Shown here: in pieces, positions 1 through 13,047 of the stretch
Layout of the letters: the number at the start of each line of letters is the position of its first letter
Numbering within the stretch: position 1 is the stretch's first letter
Assembly (NCBI GenBank): GCA_964016885.1
Contig: OZ024744.1
Span: forward strand, 88,784,001-88,848,000
Length of the DNA: 64,000 bases
DNA from: Eledone cirrhosa
Lineage: Eukaryota
Direction of reading: 5' to 3'
Notes under the pieces: generated by a model
Seen by the model: only the letters and a program-made list of their open reading frames with translations
Told to the model about the DNA's origin: nothing
Database searches by the model: none
Made by a program: the position numbers and the translations under genes

Positions 1-294
1 ACACACTTTTTTTTTCTCTCCCACTCACATAATTTGATAATGCATAAAATGCTGAAACCGGAAATTGATAATCATTAAATAAATAAATTAATATATAAAA
101 GAATCAATGCTATTGTTAATTAATAAATAAATTATCTAATACCTTAACACTTACTTCACACAAAGTAAAATATTTTGTTTTAAACCCTTTCTAACCCTGA
201 AAAAAGAGAAAAAAAGAAGGAAAAAAAAATATTTTTCTTCCTAATAATCGTTTTATATATATATTGAAACTCGTGTGCTCCTTCGATGCAATAT

Positions 295-620
295 ATATAT
301 AAGTTAAAACAATGAAATAAAAAAATCAAGTCATTAGAGATATACTTCACTGCTTTACGATCGTTTCTAGATAATACATTGTAGCTATACTCCGTTATTG
401 ATCTATGTAAAGTTAGTTAAAAAATATCAGATTGCTTTTGAAAACAACTGGTGATATGCATGTAAGTAAATATTCTCTTTATCTGATATTTTGTAACTAA
501 CCTTACATAGATCAATAACGGAGTATAGCTACAATGTATTATCATCATCTAGAAACGATCGTATAGCAGTGAAGTATATCTCTAATGACTTGATTTTTAT
601 TTCATTGTTTTAACTTATAT
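295..620. repeat. Fold-back (inverted-repeat) element, ~135-bp arms, with a degenerate hammerhead remnant
   Basis: Arm 295-432 is the reverse complement of ~481-620. The right arm has GAAA-CGATCG-TA flanked by gcta/tagc, but the CTGANGA box is lost. Confidence 0.75.
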
Positions 621-749
621 CATGACTCTGTTTTCCTTTTAATGTTTTATTGTTTTCCGAGATTTATCTTAACCTACAACATTTTCAACATATGGATTAC
701 ATCGAGTTCTTCATGCAGAATAGTCCCCACAACTTACTGTGGATACCTC

Positions 750-1067
<318 letters not shown>

Positions 1068-1086
1068 ATGTATAGTATATTTTAGT

Positions 1087-1300
1087 GAAGACGTGTGGCT
1101 GAGTGGTTAGAGAATTGGATTCACAATCTTGAGATTGTGAGTTCGATTCCTGGACCGGGCGATGCGTTATGGCCTTGAGCAAGACACTTTATTTCACGTT
1201 GCTCCTTCTACCTGGAGTTGCGACCGATAGATAGTATTAGCAACTGGAAAGACCGACGAAAACATTGTTTCCTCGGTCCGATTTGACGAAAGTCGATCGA
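1087..1300 (+). mobile_element. tRNA-derived SINE, CORE-like (family 1)
   Basis: A box TGGCTGAGTGG (~1096), B box GTTCGATTCC (1141), CORE-like CCTTGAGCAAGACACTT. Homologous to the copy at 38378-38580. Confidence 0.85.
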
Positions 1301-2127
1301 TAGTATATTTGGCCATATACAGTATGTTTAATTGAAAAAGTATTTAGATGACGACTCACTATCAGTTTTAAAGTAGTGACTATGTCACTTACTTATATTC
1401 GGCAAAGGTAGGGAGAGAAACTGACAGTCTGTTTCTCGCTCTTTGGTGTTTATCAAAACCTGGCATTCCCCTGCCTTTGCCGAAAATTATAGAAGCTGGA
1501 TTCTTATAGAATTCCAGTAATAATAAGGAGTTGATTATACAGAGCGATTGCCGGTCCAGCAAAAGTTCGGTAATAATATTGGTGCCCTGAAATAGCGATG
1601 TATACATGAATGTATATATAACGTATATATATATATATATATATTTATTTCTTCCTCCCGTTAGACCTGTGCGAAATTCCTTCCTTGCTCACATTTCAAC
1701 CAGGTTTGATGGTCTTTATTCTCTCGTTCACGATTTCACCGAACTTAAATTCATAGAAATCTGGGACTTGTCTCTTTCTTCCTCACTTTCTGTTGCTTCA
1801 CCATTTTGTTTATTTACCCTCGCGTCCCCTTTATTTACGTGTCCCAACGACTTTTTTTAGCCGTTGCTCGCACCAACCGGAGGTATATGGTCTTTAAAGC
1901 GATGAAATGCCTATGATGGTTGGAAGATCACTGATGAAGGACAAACTTTTTTCATATGTAACCCATTTGCAACTCCGCAGCGCCCTTATTATCATATATA
2001 TATATATATACTGTATATATACTGTCTATGTACTGTATTTTTATATATATATATGGGGGCAGCCATCATATATATATATATATATACGATATTAAATAAA
2101 TGGAAACTATATTTATAAAACCATATT

Positions 2128-2193
2128 TATTTCATTATATATATTTCAGGGATATCATATTAAAAATATGTTATGCCTTCTTCAGACAAAATA
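2128..2193 (-). ncRNA. Minimal type I hammerhead ribozyme (Penelope-associated)
   Basis: Minus strand reads tattttgt-CTGAAGA-aggcataacatatt...aatatgatatccct-GAAA-TATATA-TA-atgaaata. Stems I and II pair and stem III is palindromic. Confidence 0.75.
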
Positions 2194-3545
2194 CAATATA
2201 AACAGTCTTATAAATAGATAGATTCGACATACCTTTCAACTTCGACTTCTATTTGAAAAGTTGATTTGGTAGTGAAAAAATATTAGGGACAGTTATAAAA
2301 AGAAAGAAAGAAAAACGAAGAAAAAGAAGAAATGCATGCAACTAAATAGAGAGAGATAGATATAGAGAGATAGATAGAGAGAAGAAATTCATGTAAAGAA
2401 ACAGAGAGAGATATATAGAGAGAGGAAAAAAACACAGAGGGAGATAGATAGAGAGAGAGAGAGAGAGAAGAGGGGAGAGAGAGAGAGAGAGAGAGAAAAT
2501 ATAGAGAGATAGATATAGATAGAGATAGAGAGAAAGAAAATAGGTAGTTGGGCACCAGTTGTATGACGTATCAATGATATATTTATTTATTTATTTATTT
2601 ATTTAGCTCTAGTATTAATGTAGAGAGAGATATATGTGGTTAAGAGAGAAAACAGCCGTTACATAGAGAGAAAAGAAAAATATCCAGACATAAACGAGGC
2701 AGATTTAAAACACTATGTTTCATCAATGTAAAAAATATCAATTCGTATAAAACAGGCATTATAATGTAAATATCAGTATTCATGAATGAGACACGTATCA
2801 ATAATGTGTGAAAAATAATGATCATATGTCTAGTTTAAAATTCCTAGGTTTATATTAGAGTTGAGTTAAAATGGAAGGTTATCCCAGATTTTATACTATA
2901 TACATCCATATGAATTTACGTGATCAGCTCTGCAAATTCCTATTTCACACGAAAACATTCTCATTGTGCTATAAAAATTCTAGTATACATATATGTGTAC
3001 ATACACACAAATATATATAGAGTCTACATTAATTTTAACAATACTATTCATGTCTTTACTCTACATGATTATCGTTCAAGCATAAATAGAGAACAGATAT
3101 CAATATATCAATAAAAATATCAGAAACAAAAAATAAATAAAAAATCAAAAAAATCAAAAAAATATTAAAAATAAAAATATTAAAAATATTAAAAATAAAA
3201 CATAGTATGCCCCGCAAATCAACCACAGAGATCAACACTTCAAAGTTAATTGACAATATATTGCCAAGTTCGTTATAAGCATCAGAATCAAAAGCAAACA
3301 AAACCAAAAAATTATTTACCAAATCCTGTCTAGCAGAAAACATTCCAAAAGTTTAGGATACCCATTTGATCTACAGATGGTCTTATATTTAATATAGAAG
3401 TTTATCTAGTGTAAAATTTATTCGATATATTTGGAGCATCATCTTTTAGGGTAGTTTAATTATTCATGAAGAATGTTTAAAATAAAAAGGAATCGAAAGA
3501 TTTATCGGCGAGTTTCATAAATAATTATAAATCAAATTAAATATA

Positions 3546-4170
3546 CTACATTTTAAATTTATATTTATATTTAAAAGTTGAGTTCAATCTATGTCTGCAG
3601 CAACTGAATAAATTTGTCCGTAAATTAAGGGAATTTTTAGATTTTAGTATAAAGAATATCTCCTCCGCGCAGAGGTCACATGTCTCAGAGGATGAATTAA
3701 AAGGAATCCCTCTTGAGACTATATTCCAAGCCGTTGAATATTCAACGTTATCATGCCTAAGTTGCCAGAGTAAGCCTGATAGTGATGTTGAGGATTTTTT
3801 GCTTGGATCTGTGAAAGAATTATTGTGGTTATTATAGCGAAGTTTAAATTCTGTCGAGGTGGAACCAACATAGTTAAAAGAATTTAAGTCCGTTTTAACA
3901 TTACAGTTGTATATTATATTTTTAACTAAGCAATTGTTATTTAACGGACATTTAGATCTATCTCTACAGTTACATTTGTTAACTTGGATATTATTTATGC
4001 TATTATCGGTATTTTGGCTAGGTTTTAAATTCCTATTATTTATTCTATTAATATTTTGTGCTAAATTTTTGGTGGATGAGTAGGTTAATTTTATAGTATG
4101 TCTATTGAAAATTGAGTGATACCTATGTGTTCTAGGGAAGCGATTATCAAGAGCATTAAAAAAATAGTTT
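3546..4170 (-). mobile_element. Penelope-like element, C-terminal RT linker plus GIY-YIG endonuclease fragment
   Basis: Manual translation gives ALDNRFPRTHRYHSIFNRHTIKLTYSST...CNCRDRSKCPLNNNCLVKNIIYNC...NYVGSTSTEFKLRYNNH...CDLCAEE...CCRH. The 5' side is broken by (TA)n. Confidence 0.85.
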
Positions 4171-4185
4171 AGCGATGTGGGTTTT

Positions 4186-4211
4186 AATATATATATATGT
4201 CTGTATATATA

Positions 4212-4307
<96 letters not shown>

Positions 4308-4401
4308 TGTATATATATATTTATATATATAGTATATATATATATATGTGTATGTATATATATATATATATGTATACATATATATATATATATATATATG
4401 T

Positions 4402-4462
<61 letters not shown>

Positions 4463-4579
4463 TGTGTATATATATATATATATATGTGTCTGTATATATA
4501 TATATATATAGCACCACACCCGACCACCACCACCACCAACAACAACAGCAGCAACAAAATTATTACATTTATTTAACAG

Positions 4580-4648
<69 letters not shown>

Positions 4649-4650
4649 AT
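4186..4650. repeat. (TA)n/(TG)n compound microsatellite
   Basis: Directly visible. Confidence 0.97.
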
Positions 4651-4719
4651 AAATATACGTAATAGAGTGATGGATGTGTAAACAACGAATAGAAAATTTG
4701 TAAATGTTTTTTTCGTGTA

Positions 4720-5927
4720 AGACCAGCAGTCACTCATACATACCAGTGTCCTTTTTCCACGCCACCGATGTTGTCCAAAGGAAAGGTAATGGCTGAGACA
4801 GCTTGGCCCCAGTGATGTCATAACTAATATATACACTATATATACACTACATATACACTATGTATAGAATGTATATTATATATATACACACCATATATAA
4901 TGTTCTCTAAAGGAAAGGTAATGTCTGAGACAGCTTGGCCCCAGTGATGTCATAACTAATATATACACTATATATACACTACATATACACTATGTATAGA
5001 ATGTATATTATATATATACACACCATATATAATGTTGTCCAAGGGAAAGGTAATGTCTGAGACAGCTTGGCCCCAGTGATGTCATAACTAATATATACAC
5101 TATATATACACTACATATACACTATGTATAGAATGTATATTATATATATACACACCATATATAATGTTGTCCAAGGGAAAGGTAATGTCTGAGACAGCTT
5201 GGCCCCAGTGATGTCATAACTAATATATACACTATATATACACACTACATATACACTATGTATAGAATGTATATAGAATATATATATATGTGTATAGAAT
5301 ATATATTATATATATACACACCATATATAATGTTCTCCAAGGGAAATGTAATGGTTGATACAGCTTGGCCCCAGTGATGTCATAACTAATATATACACTA
5401 TATATACACTACATATACACTATGTATAGAATGTATATTATATATATACACACCATATATAATGTTCTCTAAAGGAAAGGTAATGGTTGAGACAGCTTGG
5501 CCCCAGTGATGTCATAACTAATATATACACTATATATACACTACATATACACTATGTATAGAATGTATATTATATATATACACACCATATATAATGTTCT
5601 CCAAGGGAAATGTAATGGTTGATACAGCTTGGCCCCAGTGATGTCGTAACTAATATATACACTATATATATACTACATATACACTATGTATAGACTGTAT
5701 ATTATATATACACATCATATATAATGTTGTCCAAGAGAAAGGCAATGGCCGATACACCTTGGCTCCAGTGACGTCGCAACTAATATAAACATTATATACA
5801 CAATATATACATACTATGTATACACTATATATAATATGCACTATATTTAATATACACTATATATTATATATAGATCATATATGATGTTGTCCAAGGGAAA
5901 GGGAATGGCCGATACAGCTTGGCACCA
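4720..5927. repeat. ~131-bp minisatellite, about 9 units, derived from a SINE family 1 body
   Basis: CAGCTTGGCCCCAGTGATGTC recurs near 4800, 4931, 5063, 5195, 5361, 5493, 5625, 5755 and 5916. It is the reverse complement of SINE sequence at ~25985-26037. Confidence 0.9.
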
Positions 5928-6177
5928 TAGAATAACAAACAACAACACCCAAACAAACAATACTGACTTACGGGAAATATAAATAAATAAATATATACAC
6001 AAGTACAATAACAGCAACACTTATAAACACACACTAGTAAACAAAGATAGAATACAAAAACCAAAACACATACACTCAAACGCAAACACCCTCCAAACAT
6101 TAAACACCCACGCAAACGCATGCGCAGAGACAGAGACAAGAATAAATAAATAAATTAAATTAAAATGGCGTAGACTT

Positions 6178-7130
6178 TACAATACAATGGGAGGAAACAT
6201 AATAGTACCACTGATGGTGTCGCAGATGTGTGACGAAAGAACTTTGATAGACTATATATATATATTTATATCTGTATTTTTAACTATTGGTCAATTAATG
6301 AAAAACATTCATTGCTAGATAATTTAACTATGGAGATATAAAAGATACTGAAGTGAAAACCAACCCAAACCAACCAGTGAGTGTGTTCTGTTATTATTTC
6401 TGGCAATATTACAACAATATGATCCTCCCCAAGTATAACAATATTTGTTTCGACACGATTTCATATCAAAAACCTTGCAAAACAAATATATAAATACATA
6501 TATATATATATCAAAATGGAGGCGGTAAAAGCCAGTTAGACCATTACTCACCAGAATACTCAATACTTGCAGTAGTAGAGTGGGTAATATGGAAAAATTC
6601 ACTTCCAGCTATTCCTCTGTACACAAAATAATAGATTACTTCTCTGAATTTACGAGATTAAGTTCTCGTCAGAAGACAATTCTGCTTTTGATTCTGTCTA
6701 CAGAGAAATCTTACTATAGCTACGTCATAGATGTCAATCCACATTGAATGTATAGTTGAAATGTTCAGTCGTATTTGCATGAATTGGATTTCATATTTAT
6801 GATTGAACCCATAGATAAGTGGTTTGTCTAATTTGTATTACAGTATATGTAGTGATAACATAAACTATTATTTTATGATATTTGAAATGTAGTTTAGAAT
6901 TTAAACTATTAATCTCTTTGTGATTACAGGAATACAACGGCAGGAAACATAGAAACGTCACTGATGATGTCACAGTTGTGTGACGAATGAACTCTGAGAA
7001 ACTATATTTATATTTATATTTTTTAACTGTTGGTCAATCAATGATAAACATTGATTGCCAGCTGAATTATTTATAGAAATATGAAAATAAACTGGAGCGA
7101 AAACCAATCCAGACTGTGAGTGTGTTTTAC
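6178..7130 (+). repeat. Diverged direct duplication (~6178-6390 and ~6930-7130)
   Basis: Both copies share AATACAA..GGAAACATA..CACTGATG.TGTC.CAG.TGTGTGACGAA..TTGGTCAAT.AATGA..GAAAACCAA..GTGAGTGTGTT. Confidence 0.8.
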
Positions 7131-7526
7131 TATATTTTTCTCCCCAAATATAACAAGAACAGAATATGGTTATTTTTTCTCTAACGGAAGCTTAAACATA
7201 CTGGAAACTAGTCCGATTGATTGATATTAGGGAAACATATAGTATTCACTTTTCATAGCGTGGCTAAATTTGTGTTTCTTAAAAATAATGTATATTTTAG
7301 ACTGTATTTCAAATGATCAAAAACGTGTATTGGACTATTAATTAATTATCTACGTTCATAAAACATACACACTTATGTGTATTAAACATATCACTCTAGC
7401 TGTGTCTAATCTTTTAGACACTATAAATAGTTATCAGCTACTAACATCACCATGGAGAGGAACAAGAACTCGTTTTGGAGTTATTCGATGTTCGCAAATT
7501 GCAAGTATGGGCGATAACGCTAATAA

Positions 7527-7711
7527 TTGTTTCTACTTTTGGCACAAGGCCAGCAATTACCCCAGTGCATTACTGGTACTTTATTTTCTCGACCCCGTAA
7601 AGATGAAAGGCAAAGTTAACCTCGGTGGGATTTGAACTCAGACCGTAAAGGGGTGTAACTCTATGCTGCAAAGCATGGCGTCTGACCCTCTACCGATACT
7701 TCCAATCCAGC
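7527..7711 (-). mobile_element. tRNA-derived SINE with Meta-like domain (family 2), full length with TSD
   Basis: B box GAGTTCAAATCC and central TTTGCCTTTCATC..GGGGTCGA.AAAATAAAGTACC. TSD ACGCTAATAA at 7517-7526 and 7712-7721. Confidence 0.85.
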
Positions 7712-7849
7712 ACGCTAATAAACTCGGATTGATCCAAATTTCAGCGAACATGTACAATGCATTAAGGGATGTTTCTTTCTTGATAGCCAATTAGTGGAAG
7801 CAATTAATTTCTTAAATACTATCACTGTTGGGTCGACTAGATTAATTAA

Positions 7850-7909
7850 ATATATATATATATATATATATATTTATACGTGTGAGTGTGTGCGTGTGTG
7901 TGTGTGTGT

Positions 7910-7950
<41 letters not shown>

Positions 7951-8130
7951 CGCGTGCGTGTGTGTGTGTGTGTGCGTGTGTGCGTGTGTGCATGTGTGCG
8001 TGTGTGTGTGTGTGTGTTTGTGTGTGTGTGTGCGTGTGTGTGCGTGTGTGTGCGTGCGTGTGTGCGTGTGTGCGTGTGCGTGTGTGCGTGTGTGCGTGTG
8101 TGTGTGTGTGTGTGTTTGTGTGTGTGTGTA
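7850..8130. repeat. (TA)n/(TG)n/(CG)n compound microsatellite
   Basis: Directly visible. Confidence 0.97.
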
Positions 8131-8199
8131 TGAGGTTTGTCACAAATGTAAAGGCACTAAGGTTTTATTTAGACGTACATGAAATTACAAGTTTACTCC

Positions 8200-8750
8200 C
8201 CAGACAAGTGCTTGGGCATCAGTTTTGCAAAAATGTGCAAGTGTTCTGTTAAAATTCTATGAACTCCATTTTTATCCAAGCCCTTTTTTTCTGCAACATC
8301 TGTAACAGTTGATCAGTGATCTTTCGCCATCACCGCTCATACCACTTCCACATTTTGTTCATTTGTTGACAAGATTTGCCTTCCAGAACTAGGTTCGTCT
8401 TCAACATTTTCTCGAGTCTCTTTGAAAGCTTTGCGCCACTTAAAAAATACTTACCTCTCGATAGAGTGGTATCTCCATAAGTTTGTGTTAAAGAACTAAA
8501 GATTAGGTTAGCAGATTTGTTGAGTTGCTCACAAAATTTGATCGTGTACCGTTTTTCGATATTTTTCTACGTCGCAAGCGTAACAGAGCTGATAAACACG
8601 TCTGTACATAAACAGCAATAAATTACGACTGACTCAATCGATCATGTTAAAACATGTATGTACGTGAAACTGATGTCATAAGGAACACGCGAGATGCTAC
8701 GTTACCATGTCGCACATAGGAAAATCAGTACTCTTACTTTTTGAACTTGC
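8200..8750 (-). mobile_element. Decayed mariner transposon, 5' TIR and N-terminal transposase
   Basis: Minus translation gives IEKRYTIKFC...YGDTTLSR...KWRKAFKETRENVEDEPSSGR...VHRILTEHL..AKLMPKHL, with stops and a frameshift. TIR-like GTTCAAAAAGTAAGAGTACTGATTTT at ~8720-8747. Confidence 0.8.
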
Positions 8751-8751
8751 A

Positions 8752-8950
8752 ATTGTAAAGTTGTGAGATCGATTCCCGGACCAAATGATGCGTTGTGTCC
8801 TTGAGCAAGACACTTTATTTCATGTCGTTCCAGTTTACTCAACTGTAGAAATTAGTTGCGACATCACTGGTGTCAAAATGTATCAGCCTTAGCCTTTCCT
8901 TTGGACAACATCGGTGGGATGCATGGGAAACTGATAGTCTGCCTTCCATA
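8752..8950 (+). mobile_element. SINE family 1, 5'-damaged
   Basis: GATCGATTCCCGGACC..GCGTTGTGTCCTTGAGCAAGACACTTTATTTCA, matching the 1087 and 25843 copies. Confidence 0.8.
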
Positions 8951-9688
8951 AACACACATTGTGTGTGTGTTGGTGCGTGGATGTGAGTGTGTATGTGTCT
9001 AAGTTAATTTTGCATACAGAATGTAGTCAACTAAAATATTTCAATCAAACTTTTCATTTGGAGATATTTTCAATTACAATCTGCTATATTTTGAAAATAC
9101 TGTATTATCATTTTATGAAATTGATATAGTAACCCTGAAACCGGGTGGGGTTTGAACTCAATTCTTAGATAGATAAATCTGAATATTGTAAGTGCATTTA
9201 ATCAGGCGGTCTTTTCTATCTTTAATGACCTTTACTGTCTTTCAAATATATTACACTATAACACAGCACACACGCACGCCTACATCAAGGACTTTCATGC
9301 ATTCGTTTTTTCTTCTTTTTTTATGTGTGGATTTTTTAATTTTTAATATTTTTATTTGACATACATTCAACATGTGTGCATAGAGAACAATAAATATGTT
9401 TTTTGCCGATATTTATGTTAAGCCTCCTTTTCATCTTACCGTTCATTTCTTACCTGGAAGCACTTTAATGTCATCTCATTAGCTGTATGAACGGTGTACC
9501 TAGCATATACTTTTCAAGTTTTTGACACTTCTAAGTGGTATCTTCTTTGCTATGGTTTGCTTTTATCTTTTGATGGTGTCAAAAGTTCTAAATTCCATAG
9601 ACACATTGTGTAACCGCAGTGGCAGTCGTTAATTGTCACTCCGGTCTTCCGTTCAGTAATAACAACAACAACAGCGACAACAACAGCG

Positions 9689-9721
<33 letters not shown>

Positions 9722-10237
9722 TAACAAAAATACCACACGCACACACACATACAAAAAAAACATTCCGACAATAAGACAGAAGACAGCGAGAGAGTTGGCT
9801 GAGGAGGCGGAGGAAGAAGAAGACGGGGTAGGGTAGGGTGGGATGGGGCATTTTTAAATTTTATTTTTCATATTTTCATGTATTTACGAATGAAAAGGCG
9901 AAAATAAAGATCAAGGGATAGAATATGCAAAGGTGAGTAAAATGACAGCTATTAAATAGAATGCATGTGAAAATATTGGTGTCACAGCAGAGAATAACAT
10001 GCCAAATACAAAGGACTAAATGCAAGATTGTAATAATAAAAAAATAATAAAATAAAAATATATATATACATTTTTTTTTTGTTTTGTTTTTTTTAAAGCA
10101 AGAATAGAAATTTGTTTTTTAATTATTGCAAAAGAGAAAAATTAAGAAAAGAAAAATAAGAATAAGATAACAAAATGTCTCGAACGTTGTTCAAGACGGC
10201 AACGACGACGACGAAGTTGAATGATGATGAATCAACT

Positions 10238-10247
10238 GATAATAACA

Positions 10248-10334
<87 letters not shown>

Positions 10335-10363
10335 TAATAATAATAATAATAATAATAATAGTA
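10238..10363. repeat. (AAT)n microsatellite abutting the 3' end of Tx1 copy A
   Basis: Directly visible. Confidence 0.97.
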
Positions 10364-12915
10364 ATTTTTTTATTGGCCACAAGGGCTGACATCAAGAAAA
10401 ACATTACAGACGGCACAGGACGGTACAGGACGGTACGATGTGGGTTTTGTGCGTGTAAATATTTTTATTATTTATATAAGAAAAGAAAAAAAAGGACCTA
10501 GAAACATATATATATAAACATTAAAAATGAAAATTGAAACAATGAAAAATTCCCCAATAGAGGGGAAACCTCCGAGGGTTACATGTGGCGTAAATCACAC
10601 AAAAGACCACGGTCACCCTGACCACCAGGGCAAGCGCCCTCTCTCAATTTTTCCATCTCTCAAACTACAGGCGTATATTCAGAGCGGTCCCGTTCACTCG
10701 GACCATTATCGCTACATTCACCCACCTTTCAACAAACTTGCTAGAAAGCAGCACTTGCCTCTCCACCCTGATTTTTCTCTTCAAGTGAAACTTGAAAAAG
10801 TTAATTAGTGATTTGCCGAAGAGGAAAGTGTATGTATTTAACCCTTTTAAGCTTGTCCACCACACAATCTCTTTCGCCATGGCCACCAGGCAGATGAAAA
10901 CCGCCTGTCCTTCCTCCTCGAAGGAAGACGGCGAGACCATCTGCACAGTGGACTCAGTCGACAAACGGATCAGTCCTACACGCGACAGCAACTGTTCGAC
11001 ATAGCTCCACAAGTCAGCAATGCTCGGGCACTGAAAGAGTGTGTGCAGCACGGTTTCGTCGCTCTGTGCGCATCTCGGACAGGCTCGGCTGACGGCACTT
11101 CTGTGCCTGTAGAGCTTATCTGGAACCGGCAACGCTCCCCGGTAGCACTCCCAGGTCAGGGATTTCTGGAAGTTGTCAATAGACCCCGGGCTGAAAGTTC
11201 TCTTGAAGAGAGCGAACAGCTGATCGTCTTCGACGCCCACGGTCGCCCAGAGAACGTCGTCACTCTTCTCTTCCACTAGTCCTCTATAGAACGCCGAGGT
11301 GAATGTTCCACCGATACTAGTGCCCAGCTGGTAGAAGGCTGTGAGCGCTTGGAGTCATTCCAGCTTCCAAGCACTATCCCTCGGTCTTTTTCTTATCCAG
11401 AACTGCAGCTCCGTTAATGAGACGAGCTGGGGAAAAACACGTCTGGCAAACGGTGACAACACCTGTTCACCGTCAAGGAAGCACAAGAGATGTCGCAGCC
11501 TCAGAGCGTGTTTGCGCATCATCAGCCACGGCACGCCGAGCCCTCCACGCAACGGGTGTTGATGGCAGGTGGATTGTCTGACCATGGGAGCATGTCCCTT
11601 CCATAAAAAGCGGAAGAGGAGGCGCTCCATTTTGCTCAGAGTTGGGCCGGGACAAGCCACAACGGTTAGGCGCTAGTAGATAACGGATGCGATGAACGCA
11701 TTCACCACCTCTACCCGACTTTTAATGGACAGCTTCCTCTCGGCCCATTTCTGGGTGAGAGAGGCCACCGTGTTCGTCACATCGCTCCACTTTTTCTCTA
11801 TCTGGAGGTCCGAACCGAACCAGACCCCGAGCAATTTAACCGGTCCTTCCGTACAGCGCCCCACGACACTGTCGGGCGGCATGGAATTGCTTCTCCAGGT
11901 GCCGAGGTGCAAACCCACTGACTTTTCCTGGTTTAACTCTGCTCCTGTCACTGTTTCATATTCCTTGAGAGCGCTGCCGAGCACCTGGACATGTCCGGTG
12001 TTTGACACCACCACGGTGACGTCGTCGGGGTAAGCCGATACGGATCTCCCACATCCCAGTTCGCGTAGGACGTCTCTCATCGCCTCCAATTTGTGCGATA
12101 TCGGCTCTAGGGCCAATACGCACGAGAGTGACGAGAGGGGACAAACCTGATGGACCGAGCGCATGATGCTGAACGGCTGTGACAGATGACCGTTCACCTT
12201 CACAACTGAGCAGATGTCACTGTGCCTCGCATCGATCAAACCCTTGAAAAAGGGCCCGAAACCAGCCGCCTCGCGGGCTGCCGCCAGATACCGATGGTCG
12301 ACCCTATCAAATGCCTTAACCACCTTCTCTATGATGTATCGCATGAGATGGAGGTTGTCGTGGATGGATTTGTCTGGGATGGCGCATGTCTGCACCTCTC
12401 CCACCAGATCACCGACGACAAGCGCCAATCTCTTTGCTAACACCTTAGCCAAAATCTTGAACACTGTGTTTAGCAGGGTTATGGGCCTGAAGTTCTCTAT
12501 AACGTCCTCTTTGTTCTCAAGTCTGGCATATACGAATAAAGCTCGTAGGGTACACCATCCAAATCTGGCGATTTACCCCTCGTGCAGTTAGACATCGCTT
12601 CCCGTATTTCCCCTGCTGTTATCGGTCTTTCGCAGCACTGCGCTGCGGTCGCCGAGAGCCGCGGCAATCCGTCAAGATATGCACCGAAGTCCATACTCCA
12701 ATCCTGCCCGCCGCCGCCCCCGAACAATTGAAAAGCCGCACACATCTGCTCGACTTTGAACAATATGCGCCCGTTTTGATCAGGCAAACACCGTATTGTG
12801 GATTTGTTGCCACGTCGCGCCTCCACCACCCAGGCCCATTGAACAGCTTTCGTTCCCTCGTGTCTTAGAGCACGCGCTCTAGATCTGACAACGCAGCCTT
12901 CATGCTTTGCGTTGG
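10364..12915 (-). mobile_element. Tx1-clade LINE copy A, 5'-truncated and decayed, (ATT)n-associated
   Basis: RT motifs KAFDRVDH, QVCPLS and AYPDD (ORF 11673-12464). C-terminal CPRC..ETVLHTLFQC (10665-11276). 3' end GTGGCCAATAAAAAAATT then (ATT)n. Confidence 0.92.
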
Positions 12916-12974
12916 GCGAGTGCCAATCTCGCCGCAAGCACATCGGTTGCGATGCCTGTCGTAAATTAGATTAG

Positions 12975-13040
12975 ATCGACCCAGGTGCATTACTAGTGCT
13001 TTATTTATCGACCCTGTAAGGATGAAAGGCAAAGTTAACC
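12975..13040 (-). mobile_element. SINE family 2 internal fragment
   Basis: TTTATCGACCCTGTAAGGATGAAAGGCAAAGTTAACC. Confidence 0.75.
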
Positions 13041-13047
13041 TAATATA

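Noticed and set aside
1087-1160. tRNA gene
   Set aside because: The A and B boxes run into a SINE body found several times in the window, and there is no clean acceptor stem.
1925-1965. Hammerhead starting at CTGATGAAGGAC
   Set aside because: There is no matching stem II partner or GAAA box downstream.
4770-5927. CRISPR-like repeat-spacer appearance
   Set aside because: The spacers are near-identical, the repeat is SINE-derived, the context is eukaryotic and there are no cas genes.
6960-7000. C/D-box snoRNA (TGATGA...CTGA)
   Set aside because: The boxes are only ~26 nt apart and are not conserved in the duplicate copy.
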